Source: Candidatus Multivorans sp.
GTDB lineage: Bacteria > Acidobacteriota > Thermoanaerobaculia > Multivoradales > Multivoraceae
Direction of reading: 5' to 3'
NCBI GenBank assembly: GCA_965224025.1
Contig: OZ245033.1
Location: 4,800,001 to 4,864,000, forward strand
DNA length: 64,000 bases
Position numbers and translations under genes: made by a program
In this document: piece by piece, positions 1-8,844 of the stretch
How positions within the stretch are numbered: the first letter of the stretch is position 1
Layout of the letters: the number at the start of each line of letters is the position of its first letter
The notes under the pieces: model-generated
What the model was told of the DNA's origin: nothing
Seen by the model: the letters and a program-made list of their open reading frames with translations, nothing else
Database searches by the model: none

Positions 1-1
1 C

Positions 2-967
2 GCGCCGGTGCGCATGACGAACTCGAACCCCTGGCTCGACCAGCTCACCCTCGCCCGCCAGGAAGCCATCCGGCACGGCGCGCCGGACGGCCTGGAACTC
101 GAGGGCCTCCTGATCTACCCGCTCGACTACGAGGACGGAAAGCGCTACCCGCTGATCCTGATCGTCCACGGCGGCCCGGAGAGCCACTACAGCAACGGCT
201 GGCTGACCAGCTACTCGAACCTGGGGCAGCTCGCCGCCGCGCGCGGCTTCGCCGCCTTCTACCCGAACTACCGGGGCAGCACCGGGCGCGGCGTTACGTT
301 CTCCAAGCACGGCCAGGCCGCGGCGGCCGGCAAGGAGTTCGAGGATCTGATCACCGCCGTCGACCACCTGATCGAGATCGGCCTCGTGGACCGCGACCGG
401 GTCGGCATCACCGGCGGTTCCTACGGCGGCTACGCCTCGGCCTGGGGCACGACTTTCTACTCCGACCGCTTCGCGGCCGCCATCCCCTTCGTGGGCATCT
501 CGAACAACATCTCGAAGATGGGTACCACGGACATCCCGGAAGAGATGCACCTCGTCCACCACCGCAAGCGGCTCTGGGACGACTGGGACTACTTCACGAA
601 GAGCAGCCCGATCTACTACGTCGAGCGCAACCGCACGCCGACCCTGATCCTGCACGGCAAGGAGGACCCGCGGGTCCATCCCAGCCAGTCGATGGAGTTG
701 TACCGGCACCTGAAGACCCTCGGCCAGGCCCCGGCGCGGCTCATCTTCTACCCTGGCGAAGGGCACGGCAACCGCCGTTCGGCGGCGCGCTTCGACTACA
801 TGCTGCGCACGCTGCGGTGGATGGAGCACTATCTGAAGGGTCCCGGCGGCGAACCGCCGCCCCAGGAGATCGACTACGCGGCCTACCTGCCCTGGGCCGA
901 GAAGGCCGACGAGGGCAGCGACGACGACGAGGACCGGGAAACCGAGTCGACGGGTAGCAGCCAATGA
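2..967 (+). CDS. S9 family (prolyl oligopeptidase/acylaminoacyl-peptidase-like) peptidase, 5'-partial
   Basis: IVHGGP, PNYRGSTGRG, nucleophile GGSYGG, HGKEDPRV and EGHG motifs. The frame is open to the window start. Confidence 0.9.
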   Translation, partial: APVRMTNSNPWLDQLTLARQEAIRHGAPDGLELEGLLIYPLDYEDGKRYPLILIVHGGPESHYSNGWLTSYSNLGQLAAARGFAAFYPNYRGSTGRGVTFSKHGQAAAAGKEFEDLITAVDHLIEIGLVDRDRVGITGGSYGGYASAWGTTFYSDRFAAAIPFVGISNNISKMGTTDIPEEMHLVHHRKRLWDDWDYFTKSSPIYYVERNRTPTLILHGKEDPRVHPSQSMELYRHLKTLGQAPARLIFYPGEGHGNRRSAARFDYMLRTLRWMEHYLKGPGGEPPPQEIDYAAYLPWAEKADEGSDDDEDRETESTGSSQ

Positions 968-1404
968 CGAGGATCGTCCCCTGGCGGGCGCGCCCTTGGG
1001 CACTCGCCGGATGCCTCCTTCTCGGGGCCGCCGCGTGCGGTCAGGAGAACGCACCCGCCGAAGTACCCGCTCCAGCCCCGATGCCCGAACGGCCGGTCTG
1101 GAAGCCACCTCCCCCGCCGCCGCAGCCGGTCAGTTGCGGCGCCGGCTGCCTCCAGGGCAAGGGCAGCACCGTGGTGCGGTTTCAGATGGCCGGCGGAGAC
1201 CATACCGCCGCGGTTGCCGTCGACGGCAACGAGGGCCTTTTCTCGGTCGGGCCGCCGATCAACATCTCCGAGAGCGTGACGAACTGGTCGGGCGGCAAGA
1301 ACTTCTTCAACAGCGCCGCCGGCGTCTACCGGATCGAGATTCGCGCCACCGGCAACTGGACCCTCAACGTCGTGAAGGGCAGGCAGACCATTGCCGACGA
1401 GTAG
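964..1404 (+). CDS. hypothetical lipoprotein
   Basis: Signal peptide with lipobox-like LLGAAAC, Pro-rich linker and a beta-rich domain. ATGA overlap with the peptidase stop. Confidence 0.65.
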   Translation: MTRIVPWRARPWALAGCLLLGAAACGQENAPAEVPAPAPMPERPVWKPPPPPPQPVSCGAGCLQGKGSTVVRFQMAGGDHTAAVAVDGNEGLFSVGPPINISESVTNWSGGKNFFNSAAGVYRIEIRATGNWTLNVVKGRQTIADE

Positions 1405-1425
1405 AGCGACCAAGCTGAGACCTGC

Positions 1426-1917
1426 ATGAGATTGGGCGTGCTTCTGCTGCTGGCCGCGGCCTGGCTGTCCTGGTCGGGGCACTACACGACCAACGAGTGG
1501 CTGATCGCGCTCTTCGGGCTGGCCTCCTGTCTCTTCGTATGGCGACTGTACCGGGCGCTCGACAGGGCGGCGGGCGGCGACTGGGAGTTCTTCAACCCCA
1601 CCGTCTGGCTGCGGCTGCCGCGTTTCCTCATCGCCTTCGTGTCCAAGGTCGCGATGGCGAACTTCCACGTCGTGCGGCTGATCCTGGCCCCTGGCAGCCA
1701 ACTTCACCCGCGGCTCAGGCGCGTTCGCGCCAGCCAGAAAACGTCCTTCGGCCAGGTCCTGTACGCGAACTTCATCACCCTGACCCCGGGCACGATCACG
1801 CTGGACCTGCGGGACGGCGAGCTGCTCGTCTACGCGCTCGACGCGGAGAGTGAGGGCGACGTCGTCGACGGTTCGATGGACCGTGACGTGCTGCGCCTGG
1901 AGGGACGGTCGACGTGA
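1426..1917 (+). CDS. mrpE: Na+/H+ antiporter subunit E
   Basis: Hydrophobic N-terminus, ANFITLTPGTITLD motif, first gene of the mrp cluster. Confidence 0.9.
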   Translation: MRLGVLLLLAAAWLSWSGHYTTNEWLIALFGLASCLFVWRLYRALDRAAGGDWEFFNPTVWLRLPRFLIAFVSKVAMANFHVVRLILAPGSQLHPRLRRVRASQKTSFGQVLYANFITLTPGTITLDLRDGELLVYALDAESEGDVVDGSMDRDVLRLEGRST

Positions 1918-2345
1918 TGTACACGGCGGCAATGACCGCGATCGTGGTGACGATGTTCCTGGCGCTCGCCCGCGCCGCCATCGGCCCCACGGTGTTCGAC
2001 CGCATCCTGGCGGTGAACATGTTCGGCACCAAGACGGTGCTGCTGATCGCGGTCAGCGGCTTCCTGATGGGGCGGCCCGAGTGGCTCGACCTCGCCCTCG
2101 TCTACACCCTGGTCAACTTCACCGGCACGCTCGCGGTGCTGCGCTTCGCGCGTTTCGGAGGGCTGGGACCCCGCGCTTCGGAACGCGGCGCGGCAAGTTC
2201 CGAACCGCGGGGTCACAGCGAGGACGGGATGGGCCGAAACTCCGAGCCCGCGAGGCGTTTCGGGGCGCTCGCCAGCGACGACAGCAGCCTGGCCAGCCAC
2301 GACAGCAGTCTCGCCCGCAACGACCGGACGGCCGACGTCCGATGA
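1914..2345 (+). CDS. mrpF: Na+/H+ antiporter subunit F (with low-complexity C-terminal extension)
   Basis: GPTVFDRILAVN and LDLALVYTLVNF motifs. GTGA overlap with mrpE. Confidence 0.9.
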   Translation: MMYTAAMTAIVVTMFLALARAAIGPTVFDRILAVNMFGTKTVLLIAVSGFLMGRPEWLDLALVYTLVNFTGTLAVLRFARFGGLGPRASERGAASSEPRGHSEDGMGRNSEPARRFGALASDDSSLASHDSSLARNDRTADVR

Positions 2346-2710
2346 ACGGCGCGCTCGATGTGGTGACCGCGGTCCTGCTGGTAGTCGGCGGGCTGTTCTG
2401 CGTCGCCGGCGGCATCGGCCTGCACCGCTTCTCGGACTTCTACCAGCGGACCCACGCCGCGTCGGTGACGGACACCGCCGGCGCCGGCCTGATGCTCCTG
2501 GCATTGATGTTCCAGGGCGGCGTATCCATGGTCACCGTGAAGCTGCTCCTGGTGCTCGTCTTCCTGTTCTTCACCAGCCCCGCCATCGCGCATGCGCTGG
2601 TCAAGGCGGCGCACGGTCACGGTCTGGCGCTCGAACTCGAGGTGTCCGACGAGGCCGCGGCCAACGCACCGACGCCCGGCGAGTCCGTTGCTGGGGCCAG
2701 CGGAGAGTGA
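2342..2710 (+). CDS. mrpG: Na+/H+ antiporter subunit G
   Basis: GLHRFSDFYQRTHAASVTDT and FTSPAIAHAL motifs. True start ATG 2342 (ATGA overlap) lies inside track ORF 1850..2710. Confidence 0.9.
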   Translation: MNGALDVVTAVLLVVGGLFCVAGGIGLHRFSDFYQRTHAASVTDTAGAGLMLLALMFQGGVSMVTVKLLLVLVFLFFTSPAIAHALVKAAHGHGLALELEVSDEAAANAPTPGESVAGASGE

Positions 2711-3252
2711 CGATGCCGCCGGTCGAACTCCTGCTCATGCTGCTGCTCCTGGCGACCGTCGTCGTCGTGGCCCGGCTCCAGGACCTGTTCGCCGCCGCCA
2801 TGCTGACCGGTATCGCCAGCCTGCTGGCGGCAGGCCTGTTCGTGCTCATGGACGCGGTCGACGTTGCCTTCACCGAGGCCGCCGTGGGCGCCGGTGTCTC
2901 CACCGTGCTCTTCCTCGGCGCGCTGAGCCTCACCTCGCGGCGTGAGAGGCAGGGGCGAACGCGCATCGCGCCGCTGATCATCGTCGTCGCCACCGGAGCG
3001 GTGCTGATCTACGGCACCTGGGACATGCCGGCCTACGGCGATCCCGACGCCGTGATTCACCACTACCTGGCCCCGGACCTGATTGCGGCGACTGAGGAGA
3101 AGATCCACATCCCCAACATCGTCACCGCGATCCTGGCCAGCTTCCGCGGCTACGACACGCTGGGCGAAGTCACCGTGATCTTCACCGCCGGCGTCGGCGT
3201 CGCGCTGCTCCTGGGAGGCCTGAGCCGGCGCACGAAGGAGGAAGAGCCATGA
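2707..3252 (+). CDS. DUF4040/MnhB-related Mrp subunit (detached MrpA C-terminal part)
   Basis: DVAFTEAAVGAG and NIVTAILASFRGYDTLGE motifs. Confidence 0.85.
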   Translation: MTMPPVELLLMLLLLATVVVVARLQDLFAAAMLTGIASLLAAGLFVLMDAVDVAFTEAAVGAGVSTVLFLGALSLTSRRERQGRTRIAPLIIVVATGAVLIYGTWDMPAYGDPDAVIHHYLAPDLIAATEEKIHIPNIVTAILASFRGYDTLGEVTVIFTAGVGVALLLGGLSRRTKEEEP

Positions 3253-3752
3253 GGCGGTCACGGGTCCGCGAAATGCCGATCCTCCGGGTCATCGCCCGGG
3301 CGCTGGTGCCGATGATCCTGCTGTTCGGGCTCTACGTGCAGTTCCACGGTGACTTCGGCCCCGGCGGCGGCTTCCAGGCCGGCGTGATCTTCGCCGCCGG
3401 GCTCATCGTCTACGCCCTGATCTTCGGCCTGGAGTCGCTCCAGCAGGTCGTTCCGCCGATCCTGACCGAACGGCTGATGGCGGCGGGCGTGCTGCTCTAC
3501 GGCGCCGTCGGCGTGGTGGCGATGTTCCTGGGCGGCACGTTCCTCGACTACTCGGCTCTCGACCTGCTGACCACCGGCCACCACGGCCAACACCTCGGCA
3601 TCATCGTCATCGAACTCGGAGTCGGCATCGCCGTCGCGGCGACGATGATGCGCGTGTACTACGCATTCGTGAGCCGGCACCTGGGCGGCGACCGGGAGAC
3701 CGGCGAGTCGGCCCTGGGCGCCGGCGCGGATCCAACCGGAGACTCGCCGTGA
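3249..3752 (+). CDS. mrpB: Na+/H+ antiporter subunit B
   Basis: HGDFGPGGGFQAG motif and IELGVG. Confidence 0.9.
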   Translation: MRRSRVREMPILRVIARALVPMILLFGLYVQFHGDFGPGGGFQAGVIFAAGLIVYALIFGLESLQQVVPPILTERLMAAGVLLYGAVGVVAMFLGGTFLDYSALDLLTTGHHGQHLGIIVIELGVGIAVAATMMRVYYAFVSRHLGGDRETGESALGAGADPTGDSP

Positions 3753-4135
3753 CGCTGCCGCAGGCGCTCACCGACCTGTGGGCCTACTGGCTGATCATCG
3801 TGCTGATGATGGTCGGGCTCTACATCGTCATCGCGCGCGACAATCTGGTCAAGAAGGTGATGGGCCTGAACATCTTCCAGGCCGCGGCCATCCTCTTCTA
3901 CGTGTCGATGGCTAAGGTCGAGGGCGGCACGGCGCCGATCGTGCCCCAGGACGCGGGGCACGGCGGCCACGACATCGTCTACTCGAACCCTCTGCCCCAC
4001 GTGTTGATGCTGACCGCGATCGTGGTCGGCGTCGCCACCACCGCCCTGGCCCTGGCCCTGACCGTCCGCATCCACCGCGAGTACGGCACCGTCGAGGAGG
4101 ACGAGGCGGTCGCGTGGGACATGGAACACGGATGA
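3749..4135 (+). CDS. mrpC: Na+/H+ antiporter subunit C
   Basis: NLVKKVMGL and NPLPHVLMLTAIVVG motifs. Confidence 0.92.
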   Translation: MTLPQALTDLWAYWLIIVLMMVGLYIVIARDNLVKKVMGLNIFQAAAILFYVSMAKVEGGTAPIVPQDAGHGGHDIVYSNPLPHVLMLTAIVVGVATTALALALTVRIHREYGTVEEDEAVAWDMEHG

Positions 4136-4145
4136 ACTCGTCGGC

Positions 4146-5630
4146 ATGACGGAGCAGATCGTCGTCCTCGAGGTCGTCCTGCCGCTGCTGGCGGCGCCGG
4201 CGTGCGTGCTGGTGCGCCATCCGCGCGTTACCCGCCTGTTCAGCCTCGGCGTCGTCGCGGCGTGCTTCGCGATCGCGGTGGCGCTCCTCGTCGAGGTCCG
4301 CGGCGGCGGCGTCATCTCCTACCAGCTCGGCGGCTGGCCGCCGCCGCTCGGCATCGAGTACCGGGTCTCGACCGTCAACGCCTACCTGCTCACCCTGGTC
4401 ACGGCGATGGCCCTGGTCGTGCTGAGTTTCGACTCGCGGGGAGGGCCCACGCGGGTGCCGGAATCGCGCCGCCACCTCTACTACGCGGTGTTCCTGCTCT
4501 GCATCTGCGGCCTGCTGGGGATCACGATCACCGGCGACGCCTTCAACATTTTCGTCTTCCTCGAGATCTCGTCCCTGTCGTCCTACATCCTGGTCAGCCT
4601 GGGCGGCCACCGCCGCGCCGTCATGTCGGCCTTCTACTACCTGGTCATGGGCACGATCGGCGGCGTCTTCTTCATGCTCGGCGTCGGCCTGCTCTACCAG
4701 GAAACGGGCACCCTGAACCTGCGCGACATCGCCGAGCGGCTCGATCCGTCGCTGGAGGCCCGCGGCACGGTGCTGGCGCTGGCCTTGCTCGTGGTCGGCA
4801 TCTCGATCAAGCTGGCCGTCTTCCCGCTGCACCACTGGCTGCCGAACGCCTACTCCTTCGCGCCGCCCAAGGTCAGCGCCTTCCTGGCCGCCACGGCCAC
4901 CAAGGTCTCCTTCTACCTGCTGGCCATGATCGTGTTCACGATCTTCGGCGCGCCCTTCGTGTTCGGGGAACTCCATCTGCACGTGGTTCTCCTGCCGCTT
5001 TCGATCCTCGCGATGTTCCTGGCCTCCGGCGCCGCGATCTTCCAGACCGACCTTCGCCGGCTGCTGGCCTATTCGAGCGTCGCCCAGATCGGCTACATGA
5101 CCCTCGGCCTCTCGACCGCGAACGCCACCGGCCTGGCCGGCGGCCTGGTCCACCTGTTCAACCACGCGGTGATGAAGGGCGGCCTGTTCCTGGTCGTCGC
5201 CTGCCTGCTCTACCGGGTCGGCTCCGTCCATCTCGACGCCCTGGCCGGGATCGGGCGGCGCATGCCGCTGACCGGCGCCGCGCTGGTGGTCGGGGGCCTG
5301 AGCCTGATCGGCATCCCGGGCACGGTCGGTTTCGTGAGCAAGTGGTACCTCGTGTCGGGCGTGCTGGAGCGCGGCTGGACGGCGGCGGCGGTGCTCATCC
5401 TGCTGAGTTCGCTCCTGGCGGTGGTCTATGTCGGCCGGGTGGTGGAGGCGCTCTACCTCCGCCGGCCTGCCGAGACCCAGCCCATCGACGAGATCCGGGA
5501 AGCCCCGTTCGCCATGCTGGCGCCGACCTGGATCCTGATCGCGGCGGCCGTGGTCTTCGGCCTGACCACGAAGTGGACCTACGGCGTCGCCGCGGAGGCC
5601 GCCGAACTCCTGCTGGCCGGCGGGATCTAG
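4146..5630 (+). CDS. mrpD: Na+/H+ antiporter subunit D
   Basis: LGGWPPPLGIEY, GDAFNIFVFLEI, KLAVFPLHHWLPNAY and LLAYSSVAQIGY motifs; polytopic membrane protein. Confidence 0.92.
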   Translation: MTEQIVVLEVVLPLLAAPACVLVRHPRVTRLFSLGVVAACFAIAVALLVEVRGGGVISYQLGGWPPPLGIEYRVSTVNAYLLTLVTAMALVVLSFDSRGGPTRVPESRRHLYYAVFLLCICGLLGITITGDAFNIFVFLEISSLSSYILVSLGGHRRAVMSAFYYLVMGTIGGVFFMLGVGLLYQETGTLNLRDIAERLDPSLEARGTVLALALLVVGISIKLAVFPLHHWLPNAYSFAPPKVSAFLAATATKVSFYLLAMIVFTIFGAPFVFGELHLHVVLLPLSILAMFLASGAAIFQTDLRRLLAYSSVAQIGYMTLGLSTANATGLAGGLVHLFNHAVMKGGLFLVVACLLYRVGSVHLDALAGIGRRMPLTGAALVVGGLSLIGIPGTVGFVSKWYLVSGVLERGWTAAAVLILLSSLLAVVYVGRVVEALYLRRPAETQPIDEIREAPFAMLAPTWILIAAAVVFGLTTKWTYGVAAEAAELLLAGGI

Positions 5631-5643
5631 CGGGAGGACCAGG

Positions 5644-7122
5644 ATGAGCTCCGAGACGACGATCCTGGTCGCGCTGCTGCTGCCCGTCGCGGCGGCGGCG
5701 TCCTGCCAGGTCTTCGGCCGGCTCGGGCATCCGAACCTGCGCGACCTGGCGACGCCGCTGGTCGGAGTCTGCACCTTCGCCGCGGTGTGGCAGCTCGGCG
5801 CCGGCGTTCTCGGCGGAGGCCGGCCGGAACTCGTCCTGCTGGAGGTACTGCCCGGAGTCGAACTCGCGTTCCAGGTGGAGCCGCTCGGCCTGCTCTACGG
5901 CCTCGTCGCCAGCGGCCTGTGGGTCGCGACCTCGATCTACGCCGTCGGCTACATGCGCGGACACCACGAAAAGAACCAGACCCGCTTCTTCACCTACTTC
6001 GCGCTCTCGATCTTCGCCGCCCTGGGCATCGCCTTCGCGCGCAACCTGTTCACGCTGTTCCTGTTCTACGAGGCGCTAACGCTCCTCACCTTCCCCCTCG
6101 TCACCCACCACGGCACCGCAGAGGCGCGGCGCGCGGGGCGCGTCTATCTCGGCATCCTGCTGTTCACCTCGATCTCCTTCCTTCTGCTGGCGATCCTGTT
6201 CACCTGGCGCCTCACCGGAACGGTCGAGTTCACACCCGGCGGCATCCTGGCCGCGGACACGAGTTCCGGCATGGTGACGGTGCTCCTGCTGCTCTACGCC
6301 TTCGGCGCCGGCAAGGCGGCGCTGATGCCGCTCCACCGCTGGCTGCCCAACGCGATGGTGGCGCCCACCCCGGTCAGCGCGCTGCTGCACGCGGTGGCGG
6401 TGGTCAAGGCGGGCGTGTTCACCATCCTCAAGGTCGTGGTCTACGTCTTCGGCCTCGACCTGCTGCGCGGCAGCACCGCCTCGCTGGCCCTGATGACGGT
6501 CGCCTCCTTCACCATGCTGATGGCGGCGGTGGTGGCGATCCGCCAGGACAACCTGAAGGCGCGCCTCGCCTACTCGACGATCAGTCAGCTCGCCTACATC
6601 GTCCTCGGCGCGGCGATGGCGACCGCCACCGGCGTCCTCGCCGGCGGCATGCAGATCGCCATGCACGCGGCGGGCAAGATCACCCTCTTCTTCTGCGCCG
6701 GCGCGATCCTGGTCGCCACCCACAAGAAGAAGGTCAGCGAACTCGACGGCCTCGGCCGGACCATGCCCTGGACCTTCGCCGCCTTCTTCCTCGCTTCGCT
6801 CTCGATCATCGGCATCCCGCCGCTCGGCGGGTCGTGGGCCAAGTGGTTTCTCATGACCGGCGCGCTCGAGACCGGCTTCCCGGCCCAGGCCGCGTTCCTC
6901 GGCGTGTTGATGCTGAGCTCGCTGCTGGCCGTCTTCTACCTGATGCCGGTCGTGGTGCGCGGCTTCTTCGCCGCGCCGCCGGGCGGCGACGGCGACGGCC
7001 CCGTGAAGGTCGCCGAAGCACCGTTCCTGTGCGTCCTGCCGCTCGTTCTCACCGCGGTGCTGTCGCTGGCGCTGTTCTTCGCCGCCCCGGACCTGGTGGA
7101 GCTGCTCAGGTTCCAGCGCTAG
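5644..7122 (+). CDS. second MrpD/MrpA(NuoL)-like proton-conducting subunit
   Basis: WLPNAMVAPTPVSALLHA (MrpA/NuoL-type motif) and RLAYSTISQL. It lacks the long MrpA C-terminal extension. Confidence 0.88.
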   Translation: MSSETTILVALLLPVAAAASCQVFGRLGHPNLRDLATPLVGVCTFAAVWQLGAGVLGGGRPELVLLEVLPGVELAFQVEPLGLLYGLVASGLWVATSIYAVGYMRGHHEKNQTRFFTYFALSIFAALGIAFARNLFTLFLFYEALTLLTFPLVTHHGTAEARRAGRVYLGILLFTSISFLLLAILFTWRLTGTVEFTPGGILAADTSSGMVTVLLLLYAFGAGKAALMPLHRWLPNAMVAPTPVSALLHAVAVVKAGVFTILKVVVYVFGLDLLRGSTASLALMTVASFTMLMAAVVAIRQDNLKARLAYSTISQLAYIVLGAAMATATGVLAGGMQIAMHAAGKITLFFCAGAILVATHKKKVSELDGLGRTMPWTFAAFFLASLSIIGIPPLGGSWAKWFLMTGALETGFPAQAAFLGVLMLSSLLAVFYLMPVVVRGFFAAPPGGDGDGPVKVAEAPFLCVLPLVLTAVLSLALFFAAPDLVELLRFQR

Positions 7123-7173
7123 TTCACGCCTCCAAGAGTGGCTCGAGCGTCGCGGCTGCGCTACGATCAGCCC

Positions 7174-7449
7174 ATGAGCGTCGCCACCTTCGACACCCAC
7201 GCGGCTGTCCGCGCCCTGCAAGAGGCGGGCATGGACACGCCTCAGGCCGAGGCAGTGACCGAGACCGTCCGCAACGCCGTCGTCGAGGGTGTAGCCACCA
7301 AGGCGGACATTGCGGACCTCCGCACCGACTTGGAGAAGCTCCGCACCGACTTGGAGAGGCTCCGCGCCGATCTGACCTGGCGCATGGTCCTTGTGGTCGG
7401 AGCGCTGCTCGCGCTGGCCACGGCGCTGGACCGCCTACTCGGCGCCTGA
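7174..7449 (+). CDS. DUF1640/CCDC90-like small coiled-coil membrane-anchored protein
   Basis: FDTHAAVRALQEAG..QAEA..VATKADI pattern, heptad repeats (21-bp DNA repeat LRTDLEK/LRTDLER) and a C-terminal TM helix. Confidence 0.8.
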   Translation: MSVATFDTHAAVRALQEAGMDTPQAEAVTETVRNAVVEGVATKADIADLRTDLEKLRTDLERLRADLTWRMVLVVGALLALATALDRLLGA

Positions 7450-8610
7450 CTCACCCGGGCGAGTCCACCGCCCGTACCGCAACCGCTCCTCGGCCGGCAC
7501 GAGCCCGAGCCACTTCTTGAACCGACGCCGATCGGCAAACCGGGACACCTCCGCCAGCCGCACCACCACCGGCAGAAAGGCCGGCCGCGGTCCCTCCCGT
7601 GCGCCACCCTCCTCCGCTGACGCGAACCGCAGCAGCAGGCGCCGCTCCAGTCGCTCGAACTCGGCCTCCAATTGATGCTCGACCCGTAGCGCGGCGCCGC
7701 AGGACGCGATCGCCGCCCGGCGGAGCGGCTCGTACCGCGGCTCGACGTAGAAGTCGAAGCTGCTCGCTGAGAGTCCCTGAAGGCGGCTTATCTCGCCACC
7801 CGAAGGCGCCATCTTGACCCCCGGTGTCAGCGCCTTCCACTGTTCATAGCTGAGCGGCCTCGGCTCGCCGAAGTCCGGGTCGGGGGTGGGTACGTGGAGT
7901 GCCATGGCGACCACGATCCAGCCATGCGATGCAAGACCCGCCGCCAGGTCGCCGGCCGCCCGCACGCCGGTATCGTCCACGGCGGGAAACCCGTCGCTGA
8001 GCCAGAACAGGAAGCAAGGCGGGTCGCCGCAGCGGGGTATGGCCTCAGCCAGCAGGCGGTCGGCCGATCCGCGCATCACGTCCGTGTAGGTCGGCAGGCC
8101 GGCGGGCCGGTTCCGCGACTCGAAGTAGGCGTCCCGGCCCAGACCCTCGCCGGCGACTTCATGAAGCACCGCCTCCACCACCCGCGGCCTCGTCGACGCC
8201 CGGAGCCGCAGCTCCGCGCCGCCGGGCGCACCGCCGTCGACCACGATCTCGACCGGGCCCAGCGCGGTCATCGGCCGTGCCTGCCGGGCCAGCGCCTCGG
8301 CGCCGACGCGGACCGTCTCTGGCTTCGAAAGCACGGCATCGACGTAGACGAGCACAGGCCGCGGGTTCAACTTCAGGTCAAGCGCCGACACACCGGTGAC
8401 GCGACGTCTCTCCCCACCCACCTCGACCACGAAGTCCTCCGGCTCGAACTCCTCCGCCGACACCTTCCCCAGCCGCGGCAGTTCGATGACCACCGACGAC
8501 TCCGCGACGTCGATCTCGTCCGTGAAGGTCCGGTCCGCCGGCGGTGGCTCCTGCGCCGGCGGGGCCACGGCCGCGGCCGCGGCCAGGACGAGGAATGCGG
8601 CGCTTCGCAC
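7435..8610 (-). CDS. secreted VWFA-related (acidobacterial-type) hypothetical protein
   Basis: Signal peptide after probable GTG 8610; FTDEIDV..V..EDFVVEVGGERRRVT and FWLSDGF segments typical of acidobacterial VWA proteins. Start uncertain. Confidence 0.55.
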   Translation of the reverse strand: MRSAAFLVLAAAAAVAPPAQEPPPADRTFTDEIDVAESSVVIELPRLGKVSAEEFEPEDFVVEVGGERRRVTGVSALDLKLNPRPVLVYVDAVLSKPETVRVGAEALARQARPMTALGPVEIVVDGGAPGGAELRLRASTRPRVVEAVLHEVAGEGLGRDAYFESRNRPAGLPTYTDVMRGSADRLLAEAIPRCGDPPCFLFWLSDGFPAVDDTGVRAAGDLAAGLASHGWIVVAMALHVPTPDPDFGEPRPLSYEQWKALTPGVKMAPSGGEISRLQGLSASSFDFYVEPRYEPLRRAAIASCGAALRVEHQLEAEFERLERRLLLRFASAEEGGAREGPRPAFLPVVVRLAEVSRFADRRRFKKWLGLVPAEERLRYGRWTRPGESGAE

Positions 8611-8619
8611 ACGAACGAC

Positions 8620-8691
8620 AACCCGGTTGGCGCGTCCCCGCGCCAACCGCGAACCAGTCCGCGCCCCCGTCATCGGGCGCGCGGATGGCAC
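8620..8691 (-). repeat. ~72-bp double-hairpin dispersed element (copy 1)
   Basis: GTGCCATCCGCGCGCCCGATGACGGGGGCGCGGACTGGTTCGCGGTTGGCGCGGGGACGCGCCAACCGGGTT on the minus strand. Confidence 0.7.
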
Positions 8692-8844
8692 CACACGCCA
8701 CGGACGTTCTGTTCCACGATTCGCCACTGCGAGCCGAGGCTATAGTCCCAGCGAAATGAATGCGGCCGAATCACCGGCGGCTCCACTGCCCGGGAGAACC
8801 GGAGGCCCTGGCAACGAGCCGCGAATGACCAAGGGAGCTAGAGA

